Shown one piece after another: positions 25,649 to 34,428 of a stretch of 64,000 nucleotides of DNA (the first letter of the stretch is position 1; every line of letters begins with the position of its first letter). The translations under genes were made by a program, and so were the position numbers. The notes under the pieces were generated by a model. The model saw nothing but the letters and a program-made list of their open reading frames with translations, had not been told where the DNA came from and made no database searches. The stretch comes from an uncultured Verrucomicrobiota bacterium (GTDB lineage: Bacteria > Verrucomicrobiota > Verrucomicrobiia > Limisphaerales > SXQI01): positions 175,743-239,742 of the forward strand of contig CAZMKE010000007.1 of NCBI GenBank assembly GCA_964566945.1, in the 5' to 3' direction.

Positions 25649-26139
25649 TGGCTGAGGAACCGATCATCGATATTCAGAGCGACCACTATTTCATGGGGGA
25701 AGCGCTCCGCCAGGCGGCGCGTGCTTACGAGGCGGAGGAGGTGCCGATCGGCGCGGTCATCGTGCGTGAGGGGCGGGTCATCGCGCGGGCATATAACCAG
25801 GTCGAACTGTTGCGCGATGCGACAGCCCATGCCGAAATGCTCGCGATCACCCAAGCTGAGGAATTGGTCGGCGACTGGCGCCTGAACGAGTGCACGCTCT
25901 ATGTTACCAAGGAGCCCTGCCCAATGTGCGCCGGGGCGATTGTGCATGTGCGCCTGAAGCGCGTGGTTTTCGGCGCTCCCGATCCAAAGGGCGGCGCCGC
26001 TGGGAGCGCCATCAACCTCCTGCAGTTTCCCACGCTCAACCACCGCAGCGAAATCACCCCGGGGGTCCGCGATGAGGAATGCCGCAACCTTCTTCAGACT
26101 TTCTTTGCTGCGCAGCGCGCGAAAAAAGGGGGCAAATGA
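25648..26139 (+). CDS. tadA: tRNA adenosine(34) deaminase
   Basis: CDA zinc motifs HAEMLAI and PCPMCAGA, preceded by FMGEALRQA. Start set at ATG 25648. Confidence 0.9.
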   Translation: MAEEPIIDIQSDHYFMGEALRQAARAYEAEEVPIGAVIVREGRVIARAYNQVELLRDATAHAEMLAITQAEELVGDWRLNECTLYVTKEPCPMCAGAIVHVRLKRVVFGAPDPKGGAAGSAINLLQFPTLNHRSEITPGVRDEECRNLLQTFFAAQRAKKGGK

Positions 26140-26230
26140 TTTCACCGATTTTGCCATTCCCGACGCCGGCGTTGGTTTTGGGGGCGGTTTAGGTTGCGAA
26201 GGCCCGGCGGCCGGTCGTACAGTCAGGTGT

Positions 26231-26440
26231 ATGGAACTCGTAGTCATATTCCGGACCTTTGACCTGGCGGAGGCTCAAGTCATTCGTTCGCGCCTGGAGA
26301 GCGCGGGACTCGATGCCACGTTGCAGGGGGAAAATTCAGCCGCCAATTTCGATGTCCCGGGCGGCGGGGTGCGAGTGGTAGTTCCGGCAGCCCAGGCGGC
26401 AGAAGCCCGGGCTTTAGTAGAGTCTCAACCGAATGAGTAG
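26231..26440 (+). CDS. DUF2007-like small protein (putative signal-transducing fold)
   Basis: MELVVIFRTFDLAEAQVIRSRLESAGLDATL resembles the DUF2007 N-terminus. 69 aa, start at ATG 26231, and overlaps the next gene by 8 nt. Confidence 0.55.
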   Translation: MELVVIFRTFDLAEAQVIRSRLESAGLDATLQGENSAANFDVPGGGVRVVVPAAQAAEARALVESQPNE

Positions 26441-27806
26441 TGCCACTTTGAAGCGCCTGCGCGCGAGTTTACCCGCGGGCGAGTTGGAATTGGATCCGTC
26501 CGTCTGCGCGCGTTACGCCGGGGATAAATGGTTTGCTTCACACGTTCCCGAAGCGGTGGCCCTGCCCGGCACGGCCGCGGGAGTGGCGAAGATTCTGAAA
26601 TTCGCCAGCCGCCATTCGATTCCGGTGACGGCGCGCGGGGCGGGCTATGGCTACGTCGGCGGTTGCGTGCCGGTCCGAGGCGGGATCGTGCTCTCGGTTG
26701 AGCGCTTGAACCGGATCAAAGAGATCAATCCAGACGATTTTGTGGCCGTGGTCGAGCCGGCGGTGATCACGGCGAAGCTGCAGGAGGAAGTGGAGAAACT
26801 GGGCCGGTTTTATCCACCTGATCCAGCGAGCCGCGCGGATTCGTCGATTGGGGGCAATATTGCCACCAATGCCGGCGGCCCGCGCTGCCTGAAGTATGGA
26901 GTCACCCGGGAATATGTGATTGGGCTGGAGGTTGCCCTGGCCAACGGCGATATCGTGCGCGTCGGCAGCCGCACGCACAAAAACAAAACTGGTTTCGACC
27001 TGACCAAACTGTTTGTCGGGTCCGAAGGCATGCTCGGGGTGATCACCGAGGCCACACTTAAGCTTCTCCCGCTGCCTCCGTATCGGGCGGCCTTGGCAGC
27101 CGGGTTCGACTCGATGGCGGATGCCTTGGGCGCCTTGAAAGATATCTTCGCGGCGGGCTTTTTGCCCTGTGCCCTCGAGTTGGCCGATCAATTTACCCTC
27201 GCCGCCGCCTACAAACGCACCGGGAGCGCCGCCCTTTCCGGTTGTCGTGCGCACATCATCACTGAGTTGGATGGCCATGCCACATCGGTCCGATCCGAGC
27301 TGAAAATGCTTGAGGCGGTGGTGCGAAAACGGCGGCCGTTGTTCGTGCAGCGCGCTCTGGGGGGAGAGGGCTGTGAGAAGCTTTGGCAGCTTCGCCGCGA
27401 GTTTTCCTATGCCTTGCGGGATACGGGCCTGACCAAGTTGAATGAAGATATTGTGGTCCCGCGCGGACGATTGCGGGACCTGTTTGAGTTCACGAATACA
27501 CTGGAGAAAATGTTTGGCTTTCCTGTGGCCTGCTTCGGTCATGCCGGGGATGGAAATATCCACGTGAACGTGATGGTGGATACGACCCAAAAGGGAGCGC
27601 GACGGAAGTGCGATCAGGCGCTTGACGCGCTATTTCGCAAAGTCCTGGAACTGGGCGGCGTGATCACCGGGGAGCACGGCATTGGCCTGGCGAAGAAACC
27701 GTGGTGGCCAATCGCGACTTCTCCCGAAGTCCGGCGCCTGCATGCGGTCGTCAAGCAGGCGCTCGACGCTCGGGGCATTCTGAACCCGGGCAAGTTTCTT
27801 AAGTGA
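26433..27806 (+). CDS. FAD-linked oxidase, GlcD / D-lactate dehydrogenase-like
   Basis: FAD_binding_4-type N-terminal half (PVTARGAGYGYVGG, NPDDFVAVVEPAV) and FAD-oxidase C-terminal half (HAGDGNIHVN, GEHGIG, LNPGK). Confidence 0.85.
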   Translation: MSSATLKRLRASLPAGELELDPSVCARYAGDKWFASHVPEAVALPGTAAGVAKILKFASRHSIPVTARGAGYGYVGGCVPVRGGIVLSVERLNRIKEINPDDFVAVVEPAVITAKLQEEVEKLGRFYPPDPASRADSSIGGNIATNAGGPRCLKYGVTREYVIGLEVALANGDIVRVGSRTHKNKTGFDLTKLFVGSEGMLGVITEATLKLLPLPPYRAALAAGFDSMADALGALKDIFAAGFLPCALELADQFTLAAAYKRTGSAALSGCRAHIITELDGHATSVRSELKMLEAVVRKRRPLFVQRALGGEGCEKLWQLRREFSYALRDTGLTKLNEDIVVPRGRLRDLFEFTNTLEKMFGFPVACFGHAGDGNIHVNVMVDTTQKGARRKCDQALDALFRKVLELGGVITGEHGIGLAKKPWWPIATSPEVRRLHAVVKQALDARGILNPGKFLK

Positions 27807-27810
27807 TTGA

Positions 27811-29403
27811 CTACTTTGCGCCTGGGCCTTTTTGCCAGCTGAGGACCTGCTTTTGCTCGATCAGCATTTCGTGGAGCCTGGCTTGATTCACCCTTTGCAC
27901 CGAGGTGTTCTCCTGGCGGGCGAGGGTCGCCGCTACGGCCGCTGAGTGGCCGAGGACCATGAAGACTGGTTCCATCCGAATGGAGCCATAGGCGATGTGC
28001 GAGGCGGAGAGGCAGACCGGAACCAGGAGGTTCACGCATTCACTCTCTTTCGGCACGATGCTGCGAAATGCGATCGGGTAGGGAGGAAATCCGCCGACCT
28101 GGACATCCCCTTCATTTTCCGCGCGCCCGTTTTTCACGATCCGGCGGCAGTTGTGCGAATCCATGGTGTAGGCAGCCAGGCCCGCCGTATCGGGGAGGGC
28201 CAGGGATTCGCGACAGTTCGTTTCGGTCATCACATAGTCCGAAATCATGCGTCGTGCCTCGCGAATATAGAGCTGATGGGGCCAACCCTGGGTATCGAGG
28301 AATTCGTCCCGGGTGAGGCCCCATTCGTTCATTTCGTTCCGAATATTGAGAGGCACTCGCGCATCGGTGGCGAGGAAGTGGAGAAAACCGCGAGTATAGT
28401 TTTCGTGTTCCTGCCAGATTCGAGCGCGTGTGGCGTAATCGCCGTCCGGATAATTGTAGTTCGCTCCAATAAAATCCGTGGAGAAGCCGCCGTTGTTATT
28501 AATATCCGTCTTTCCGCCCGGCATCATTTGGATATGCATGAGGCTGCCCAGCGTTGGGGGGCGGTTGGTGGAAGCGCTCCATGCCTGAAGATATCGGCCC
28601 AGCAATTCGTACCGAGCCGGGTTGTAGTCTTTGGGCGGCTCGATCGGCCGGCGGTTCCCTGGATCACGCGTGAGGACAAGGCGAAAGTTGTAAGCCTGGA
28701 CCGATTTATCGCCCGCGCCGGGGGCGCCCGCGCCCTCCGCTTGAATCAGGGGCAACAGCCCGGAATCAGCCGCTCCCGGCGTGGGGTGCGGATCGACCGT
28801 CACCACGAATTGGTGCAGGGGAGTGACCGCACGGATGCCATTCAAAGTTTCCCCGTAAGTGCTGTTGCTTTCACGTCCTACGGTGTAGCTCACACCGGCT
28901 TTAGCGAGCAAATCGCCCTCGTAACTCGCATCAATGAACATTCCGGCCCGGACGGTTCGGCCATCTTCACAACGGATCTCCTCGATGCTCGCTCCGGCTT
29001 TCTTTACCGCCGCGAGACGAGACTGAAAATAGATGGCCACCTTTGCTTCGTTCGCCATATCAAACAGGACATTCTCCGCGACGTGCGGTTCAAAAGTCCA
29101 CGCTTCGTCTTTGCCGTAATGCCGGCCAACCCGGCGATAGAACTCCCGGGCAATTCCGCCGATCGCGCCTTTGTTGCCGATGTCCGTTTGACCGAGCCCG
29201 CCGGACGTCATGCCGCCGAGGTGATTCCCGAACTCGAGGAGGACGACTTTATTGCCGAGCCGCGCTCCTTCGACGGCGGCGGCCACGCCAGCCGCGGTTC
29301 CGCCATAAACGCAAAGGTCGGCCGTGATCTCCTTTTGCGCGCGAGCTGAAAAAGCGGTCAAAACAAGAAGGGCCTGGGAGATAAAATACGGGACAGATCG
29401 CAT
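27811..29403 (-). CDS. Secreted FAD-dependent oxidoreductase (FAD_oxidored family)
   Basis: Signal peptide followed by the dinucleotide-binding motif DLCVYGGTAAGVAAAVEGARLGNKVVLLE and GGMTSGGLG. Confidence 0.8.
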   Translation of the reverse strand: MRSVPYFISQALLVLTAFSARAQKEITADLCVYGGTAAGVAAAVEGARLGNKVVLLEFGNHLGGMTSGGLGQTDIGNKGAIGGIAREFYRRVGRHYGKDEAWTFEPHVAENVLFDMANEAKVAIYFQSRLAAVKKAGASIEEIRCEDGRTVRAGMFIDASYEGDLLAKAGVSYTVGRESNSTYGETLNGIRAVTPLHQFVVTVDPHPTPGAADSGLLPLIQAEGAGAPGAGDKSVQAYNFRLVLTRDPGNRRPIEPPKDYNPARYELLGRYLQAWSASTNRPPTLGSLMHIQMMPGGKTDINNNGGFSTDFIGANYNYPDGDYATRARIWQEHENYTRGFLHFLATDARVPLNIRNEMNEWGLTRDEFLDTQGWPHQLYIREARRMISDYVMTETNCRESLALPDTAGLAAYTMDSHNCRRIVKNGRAENEGDVQVGGFPPYPIAFRSIVPKESECVNLLVPVCLSASHIAYGSIRMEPVFMVLGHSAAVAATLARQENTSVQRVNQARLHEMLIEQKQVLSWQKGPGAK

Positions 29404-29417
29404 AAGAGGCGTTGGGC

Positions 29418-30323
29418 TTACTTTGGGTCGGGACTCTCTTTGCCGTAGAATTCGATGAACCAGGTGAGGGCGGTGCGGAGCTGGCCCTCAGAAAGAGCGT
29501 GCCCGCCTTTGAATGATTCCAGCCGGACGTGGGTGAAGCCGTTGCTCAGCATGCTTTCTTTCACTTGCTGGTGTTGTTCCGGAGTGGCCAATTTGTCGTC
29601 GGTTCCGCTGCTGAGGTAGACCGGCGTTTCCCGAAATCGGACCGCGGGATCATAGACTTTGGAGGCTTCTCCTGCGATATCCTCGTTGATGGCTCCCATG
29701 AAAAGCCCGATCAGATTGTAATCTTTCTGCGCCAGGATGGCAGCGAGCAGCCCGGCCCATTTGCCGCCGCCCGAAACTCCCGCTGACACGAGCGGCCAGC
29801 GTTTGGCCCCGGGCCACGTTTTGTTGACGTGCTCCAGGAGGGATGTAGTCATCGCCCAGCGCCACGGAGGGGTGTCGTTCAGCGGTTTGCCTTCTGGACC
29901 GTCTGCCGCCAGGACGACCCACCCGAGGCGGAGCGCCACGTTGGTGAACGATTGCATCGCCCGGATGCTGGAACCGTCTCGTTCGCTCGTGCCCGACACG
30001 AGCAGGAGGGGGGTGGGGATTTCAGGATCGAAGCCGGTTGGAACCGCGACCCCGACCCGCGCGTGGTCGACAAAGGGATTCTTGCTGTTGACGACCGCCA
30101 GTTGGGCGGACGGCGACAGCGGGACGTAAAAGACGAGGATCTGGTTCTCGGGAATCTTGTAAGGGGCGTTGGTAGCGGCTCCCTTCACAGCGGGCGTGCT
30201 GGCGAGCGGCGCGCTGTTTGTTCCCGCGACGCGGTTGGTCGTGATGCCGGGCTGAGCCTGCGCCAGCACGAACACGCATCGCAACAAAGCGCCGCACAGA
30301 ATAATGGCTTTTGCAGACATCAC
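29418..30323 (-). CDS. Secreted esterase-like alpha/beta-fold protein
   Basis: Signal peptide MMSAKAIILCGALLRCVFVLAQA. GxSxG-like GVSGGGKWAG. C-terminal GGHAL. Confidence 0.55.
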   Translation of the reverse strand: MMSAKAIILCGALLRCVFVLAQAQPGITTNRVAGTNSAPLASTPAVKGAATNAPYKIPENQILVFYVPLSPSAQLAVVNSKNPFVDHARVGVAVPTGFDPEIPTPLLLVSGTSERDGSSIRAMQSFTNVALRLGWVVLAADGPEGKPLNDTPPWRWAMTTSLLEHVNKTWPGAKRWPLVSAGVSGGGKWAGLLAAILAQKDYNLIGLFMGAINEDIAGEASKVYDPAVRFRETPVYLSSGTDDKLATPEQHQQVKESMLSNGFTHVRLESFKGGHALSEGQLRTALTWFIEFYGKESPDPK

Positions 30324-30383
30324 TGGTTCGACATTGCAAAACTAAGGTCGCTCAAACGGATATGCGATAGAAAAGGCAGCCGG

Positions 30384-31517
30384 TCAACGGGTGAGAAACT
30401 GTTCCAGAAAGCGGTAAATCTGTTCGTTGGACTCGGGAGTCGGATCATGCCCGGACCGGGTGCTCATGGCCACGCGGTTGGTGGCGCCCAGCAGTTGGTA
30501 GATTTCATTGATCCGATTAAGGGCGGTCCAGCGTTCCGGTTGATCCTCCGCTCCACCGGAGACCAGGAAGGGCCTTGGCGCCATCAGGGCGAGCACTTCG
30601 GTCAGATCATGGCCGCTCTCGTAGAGTTGTTTGTAGGCGCCGGTGCGCGGGCTTCTTTCCGTAATCAATCCCGGCGAACGGGTTTGGGCGGCATCCAGCC
30701 CCAGATACCAGGGCTCCCAATAGTTGACGTTAGACCGCGCCTCGTCGAAGACGATGCCCGGGTCCGACCAAACCCCGCAGGCGAATTTCTCGTAAAAACA
30801 GGCGCCGAACATCGCCCATTTGCCTCCATAGGAATGTCCCACGATGGCGATCCGTTGCGGATCGACCTTGGGCAGGCCGGCGAGGGCGTGATAGCAGTTG
30901 GCCGCAACGTAGGCCAGAAAGTAGAGCGGCTGGCAGTGCGCGCCAGCGAGGTCCGGCTTGCGAGCATCGCCGCCCGGTGAACCGATGGAGAGCGAGATGA
31001 ACCCGCGACGGGTCAGCTGATAAGCAAAGTCCCGAAGTTTGGCTTTGCCCTGGCCGATGCTCGACTCGGGTTCGTAGTAGGGGACGACAACCCCTGGAAA
31101 TGGCCCGCGTCCGCTTGGGATCAGGAGATAGCCTTCCGTCATTTGCCCCGGGGCGGTCTCCAGGCGAATGTGCTGCTGCAGGAAGGTCTCACGGTTGGTC
31201 TTGCTCAGAATTTGAATGCGCGGCTTCTCCAGCAAAGTCGGCCAGCTTCCCAAGGCCTTCTCCCATTCACTCTGGAGCGTGCGTCGTTGCCGAGCCCAAT
31301 CGTTCGGATTGGTGATTTTCCCCCCGTCGACAGCCTGCAAGAGAGAGCGGTAATTCCCATATTGGCCGGTGAATTCCGCTGGCGGCGAAAAGAGAGGCGC
31401 AATCACCGGCGAAAACGCGGCCTCGGCAGCGAAGGCGGGCGCCAGCGTGAGCAGGCACAAAACCGCGAACCTCCAAGCGCGCGGAGTGACGGCTGGTCCG
31501 AGGGATTCGACTTTCAC
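30384..31517 (-). CDS. Secreted alpha/beta hydrolase (esterase)
   Basis: Signal peptide and the nucleophile elbow IVGHSYGGKWAMF. It shares the GGKWA context with the downstream neighbour. Confidence 0.7.
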   Translation of the reverse strand: MKVESLGPAVTPRAWRFAVLCLLTLAPAFAAEAAFSPVIAPLFSPPAEFTGQYGNYRSLLQAVDGGKITNPNDWARQRRTLQSEWEKALGSWPTLLEKPRIQILSKTNRETFLQQHIRLETAPGQMTEGYLLIPSGRGPFPGVVVPYYEPESSIGQGKAKLRDFAYQLTRRGFISLSIGSPGGDARKPDLAGAHCQPLYFLAYVAANCYHALAGLPKVDPQRIAIVGHSYGGKWAMFGACFYEKFACGVWSDPGIVFDEARSNVNYWEPWYLGLDAAQTRSPGLITERSPRTGAYKQLYESGHDLTEVLALMAPRPFLVSGGAEDQPERWTALNRINEIYQLLGATNRVAMSTRSGHDPTPESNEQIYRFLEQFLTR

Positions 31518-31592
31518 GCCGTTCTTATTTCAGGCAGATTTGTTCCATTCAAGAGAGAAGATGCGCGCGGGCGCGCAGATTCATTGATCGTT

Positions 31593-33929
31593 GTGACCAA
31601 GCATCATTTGCCTCGAAGGACTTTTCTGAAAGCCGCTGGGCTGGCTTCTGCCGGTTTCTTGTGGCGGGATTTCACGCCGGCGACCTTTGCGGCTGAGCCT
31701 GCGGCGGTCCTGCCTGAAGGGAGGGCTCCTGCGCCGGTTTTGTTTCCGCATTTTCCTGACCGGTTGCATGCCTTTATCTGGCGGAACTGGACGTTGGTGC
31801 CGGTGCAAAGGATGGCTGACGTGCTGGGGGCCACGGGCGAACAGGTGCTGGCTTTGGGCTGGGCGATGGGGTTGCTCCCGCCTGGGGAACCGAGCGCCGA
31901 TCAACAGCGGCGCTCTTATCTCACCGTCATTCGCCGCAACTGGCATTTGCTTCCCTACGATCAGCTTCTGCAGTTGCTCGGCTGGTCCGCGGCGAAGCTC
32001 GCTTATATTCTGCGCGAGGACGATTTTCTCTACATTAAGCTCGGGTCGCTCAAGCCCAAGTGCCTGCCGCTGAAATATGCGCCGCCGGAAGAGTCTGTTC
32101 AAACTCGCGCGGGGCACATCGCCAACCTGGTAAAAATGGAGTTGGCGGGCGGCCTTGGGAGCCCCGCCGATCCGCTCTTTGGCTTCGTGGCTGAACTGTC
32201 ATCGTACAGCGGTCCAGCCACCGTTCCAGAACCCGTCCAGGGGCGCAGCCCGCGGTTCTGCTATTCCTACTTCGCGCTCTACGGAGATCCGCTGTTGGAC
32301 ACGGAGATCGATCCTTACCCGGACGGGTATTTGAAGCGATTGGCTGCGCTTGGCGTCACGGGAGTGTGGCTCCAGGCCGTGCTGTCCAAGCTGGCCCCCT
32401 TTCCGTGGATGGAGGAGAACGAGTCCGAGCGGGAGGTTCGTTTGAGGAACCTCCAGGCGCTGGTCCAGCGCGCCGCGCGGCTGGGGATCGGCGTCTATCT
32501 GTATCTCAACGAACCGCGCGCCATGCCCCGCCAGTTCTTTGAGCGGCGGCCCGATTTGAAAGGCGTCTCGGAAGGGGAATATTCCGCGCTGTGCACCAGC
32601 CAGGGGGAAGTGCGGCGGGCGTTGACGTCCGCGATTGCCCACGTCTGCAAAGCGGTCCCGGATTTGGCCGGCTTTTTTACGATTACGGCCTCTGAGAATC
32701 TCTCGAGCTGCTGGTCCCACGGGCAGGGCAGCCAATGTCCTCGTTGCGCCCGGCGCAAACCGGCGGAAGTGATTGCCGAGGTGATCGAGACCTTTTACGC
32801 CGGCATTCGCGAAGCTGGCACACGGACGGATTTGATCGCCTGGGATTGGGGATGGGCGGACGATTGGGCACCGGAAATCATCCAAAGGCTGCCCGCGGGC
32901 GTGGCCCTGCAGAGCGTCAGCGAGTGGAGCATTCCCATCCAGCGCGGCGGCGTCGCCTCCGTCGTGGGCGAGTATTCGATCTCGACGATCGGACCAGGGC
33001 CGCGAGCCACGCGCCACTGGAAACTCGCCAAACAACGCGGATTGCGGCGGATCGCCAAAATCCAGGCTGGGAACACCTGGGAGCTGTCCGCGACGCCCTA
33101 CATTCCTGCCTTGGAAAACGTCGCCCGCCATGCTGCCCGGTTGAAGGAACAGGGCGTGGATGGCTTGATGCTGGGCTGGACCTTGGGCGGCTATCCATCG
33201 CCGAATCTCGAAGTCGCTTGCGCCGTTGCGCAAAGCAAGGATGAGTTGTCCCAGGACGAGAGGGTGAATCGCGCGCTTCAGGTCGTGGCTCAAGGCCGCT
33301 TTGGCAAGGAGCTGGCCGGCCCGGTGGTTCAGGCTTGGAAAACGTTCAGCCGGGCCTTCAGCGAATTTCCGTTCGACGGCGGGCTGGTCTACAACGCGCC
33401 GATGCAGTTTGGACCGAGCAACCTGCTCTGGTCCGAGCCGACCGGTTATCACGCCACCATGATCGGCTTTCCCTACGACGACCTCGATGGCTGGCGGCAG
33501 GTCTACCCTCCGGAAGTTTTCGTCCGGCAATTCATGAAGATCGCGGATGGTTTCGAGGAGGCCATCGCCCTGTTGCGGAAAACGGCCGAGGGTCTTCCGC
33601 GCGATGCGGCGCAGGAAGCCAGCTTTCGCCGGGAGTTGGATGTGGCGACCGCGGCGGCGATCCATTTTCGATCCACCGGCAACCAGGCTCGTTTTGTTGA
33701 ACTGCGCAAGAGAGTGCGGGAAGGGAAAGTCACCGAGGATTTGCGAGTCGAACTGCGGCGCGTCCTGGAATCGGAGATTGCCCTTGCCCGGCAGCTCCTG
33801 GAAATCCAACAACGCGATTCGCGAATCGGTTTTGAAGCGTCCAATCAATACTACTACGTTCCGCAAGACCTGGCTGAGAAGGTAATCAACTGCCGGTATC
33901 TGTTGGACCAGTGGCTGCCGACAGTGTGA
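31593..33929 (+). CDS. Tat-exported protein, glycoside-hydrolase-like TIM-barrel (function unknown)
   Basis: Tat motif PRRTFLKAAGLASAGF. The ORF-track start (31143) overlaps the divergent esterase gene, so I use GTG 31593 (TTG 31584 is an alternative). The central region (GVTGVWLQAV, GVYLYLNEP, GLMLGWTLGGYPSPN) resembles a (beta/alpha)8 hydrolase. Confidence 0.6.
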   Translation: MTKHHLPRRTFLKAAGLASAGFLWRDFTPATFAAEPAAVLPEGRAPAPVLFPHFPDRLHAFIWRNWTLVPVQRMADVLGATGEQVLALGWAMGLLPPGEPSADQQRRSYLTVIRRNWHLLPYDQLLQLLGWSAAKLAYILREDDFLYIKLGSLKPKCLPLKYAPPEESVQTRAGHIANLVKMELAGGLGSPADPLFGFVAELSSYSGPATVPEPVQGRSPRFCYSYFALYGDPLLDTEIDPYPDGYLKRLAALGVTGVWLQAVLSKLAPFPWMEENESEREVRLRNLQALVQRAARLGIGVYLYLNEPRAMPRQFFERRPDLKGVSEGEYSALCTSQGEVRRALTSAIAHVCKAVPDLAGFFTITASENLSSCWSHGQGSQCPRCARRKPAEVIAEVIETFYAGIREAGTRTDLIAWDWGWADDWAPEIIQRLPAGVALQSVSEWSIPIQRGGVASVVGEYSISTIGPGPRATRHWKLAKQRGLRRIAKIQAGNTWELSATPYIPALENVARHAARLKEQGVDGLMLGWTLGGYPSPNLEVACAVAQSKDELSQDERVNRALQVVAQGRFGKELAGPVVQAWKTFSRAFSEFPFDGGLVYNAPMQFGPSNLLWSEPTGYHATMIGFPYDDLDGWRQVYPPEVFVRQFMKIADGFEEAIALLRKTAEGLPRDAAQEASFRRELDVATAAAIHFRSTGNQARFVELRKRVREGKVTEDLRVELRRVLESEIALARQLLEIQQRDSRIGFEASNQYYYVPQDLAEKVINCRYLLDQWLPTV

Positions 33930-33985
33930 ACGGGAGAGGCGTCCCGTTTGTGCGGAAAGAACAGCACTGGATCATGACGGTTGAA

Positions 33986-34026
33986 GTACGAAGCTTTTCG
34001 TATTGACAGTACGAATGGGTTCGTAC
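33986..34026. promoter_or_regulatory. Two operator-like dyads (TACGAA-N4-TTCGTA) flanking a TTGACA hexamer, upstream of blaI-like gene
   Basis: Dyad 1 is TACGAA 33987-33992 / TTCGTA 33997-34002. Dyad 2 is GTACGAA 34009-34015 / TTCGTAC 34020-34026. Their centres are 23 bp apart, and TTGACA lies at 34003-34008 exactly between them. Confidence 0.6.
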
Positions 34027-34038
34027 ATCGTTGCTTTT

Positions 34039-34428
34039 ATGACTCGCCGAAGATTTGCGCAGCCGACAAAAGCGGAATTCGAGATTTTGGAGGTGCTTTG
34101 GAAAAAGGGGCCGAGCACGGTCCGGCAAGTGCACGAAGAGCTGGGCGGCGAGGCTGGCTATACGAGCGTGCTGAAATTGTTGCAGATCATGCTTGAGAAG
34201 AGCCTGGTGAGCCGAGACGACCGGGAGCGGACGCATGTTTACACGGCGGTGATGGAGGAAACTCAAGCAAAGCGGGGTTTGGTGGAGGAAGTCATCGAGC
34301 GGGCATTTCGTGGGTCAGCAAAGGAACTGATTTTGCAGGCTCTGTCGACCCGGAAGAGTTCACGGCAAGAATTGGCGGAAATCCGTGAAATGATCGAAGC
34401 AATCGAAAGGAGGAAATCAGGAGTATGA
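34039..34428 (+). CDS. BlaI/MecI/CopY family transcriptional repressor
   Basis: Winged-helix N-terminus PTKAEFEILEVLWKKGPSTVRQVHEEL and YTSVLKLLQIMLEKSLV. It overlaps the downstream M56 gene by 4 nt. Confidence 0.85.
   Translation: MTRRRFAQPTKAEFEILEVLWKKGPSTVRQVHEELGGEAGYTSVLKLLQIMLEKSLVSRDDRERTHVYTAVMEETQAKRGLVEEVIERAFRGSAKELILQALSTRKSSRQELAEIREMIEAIERRKSGV

Noticed and set aside
31143-31592. N-terminal 150 aa of the 928-aa ORF-track prediction.
   Set aside because: It overlaps the divergent esterase gene 30384-31517. The Tat signal (RRTFLKAAGLASAGF) begins just after GTG 31593, so the extension is not coding.
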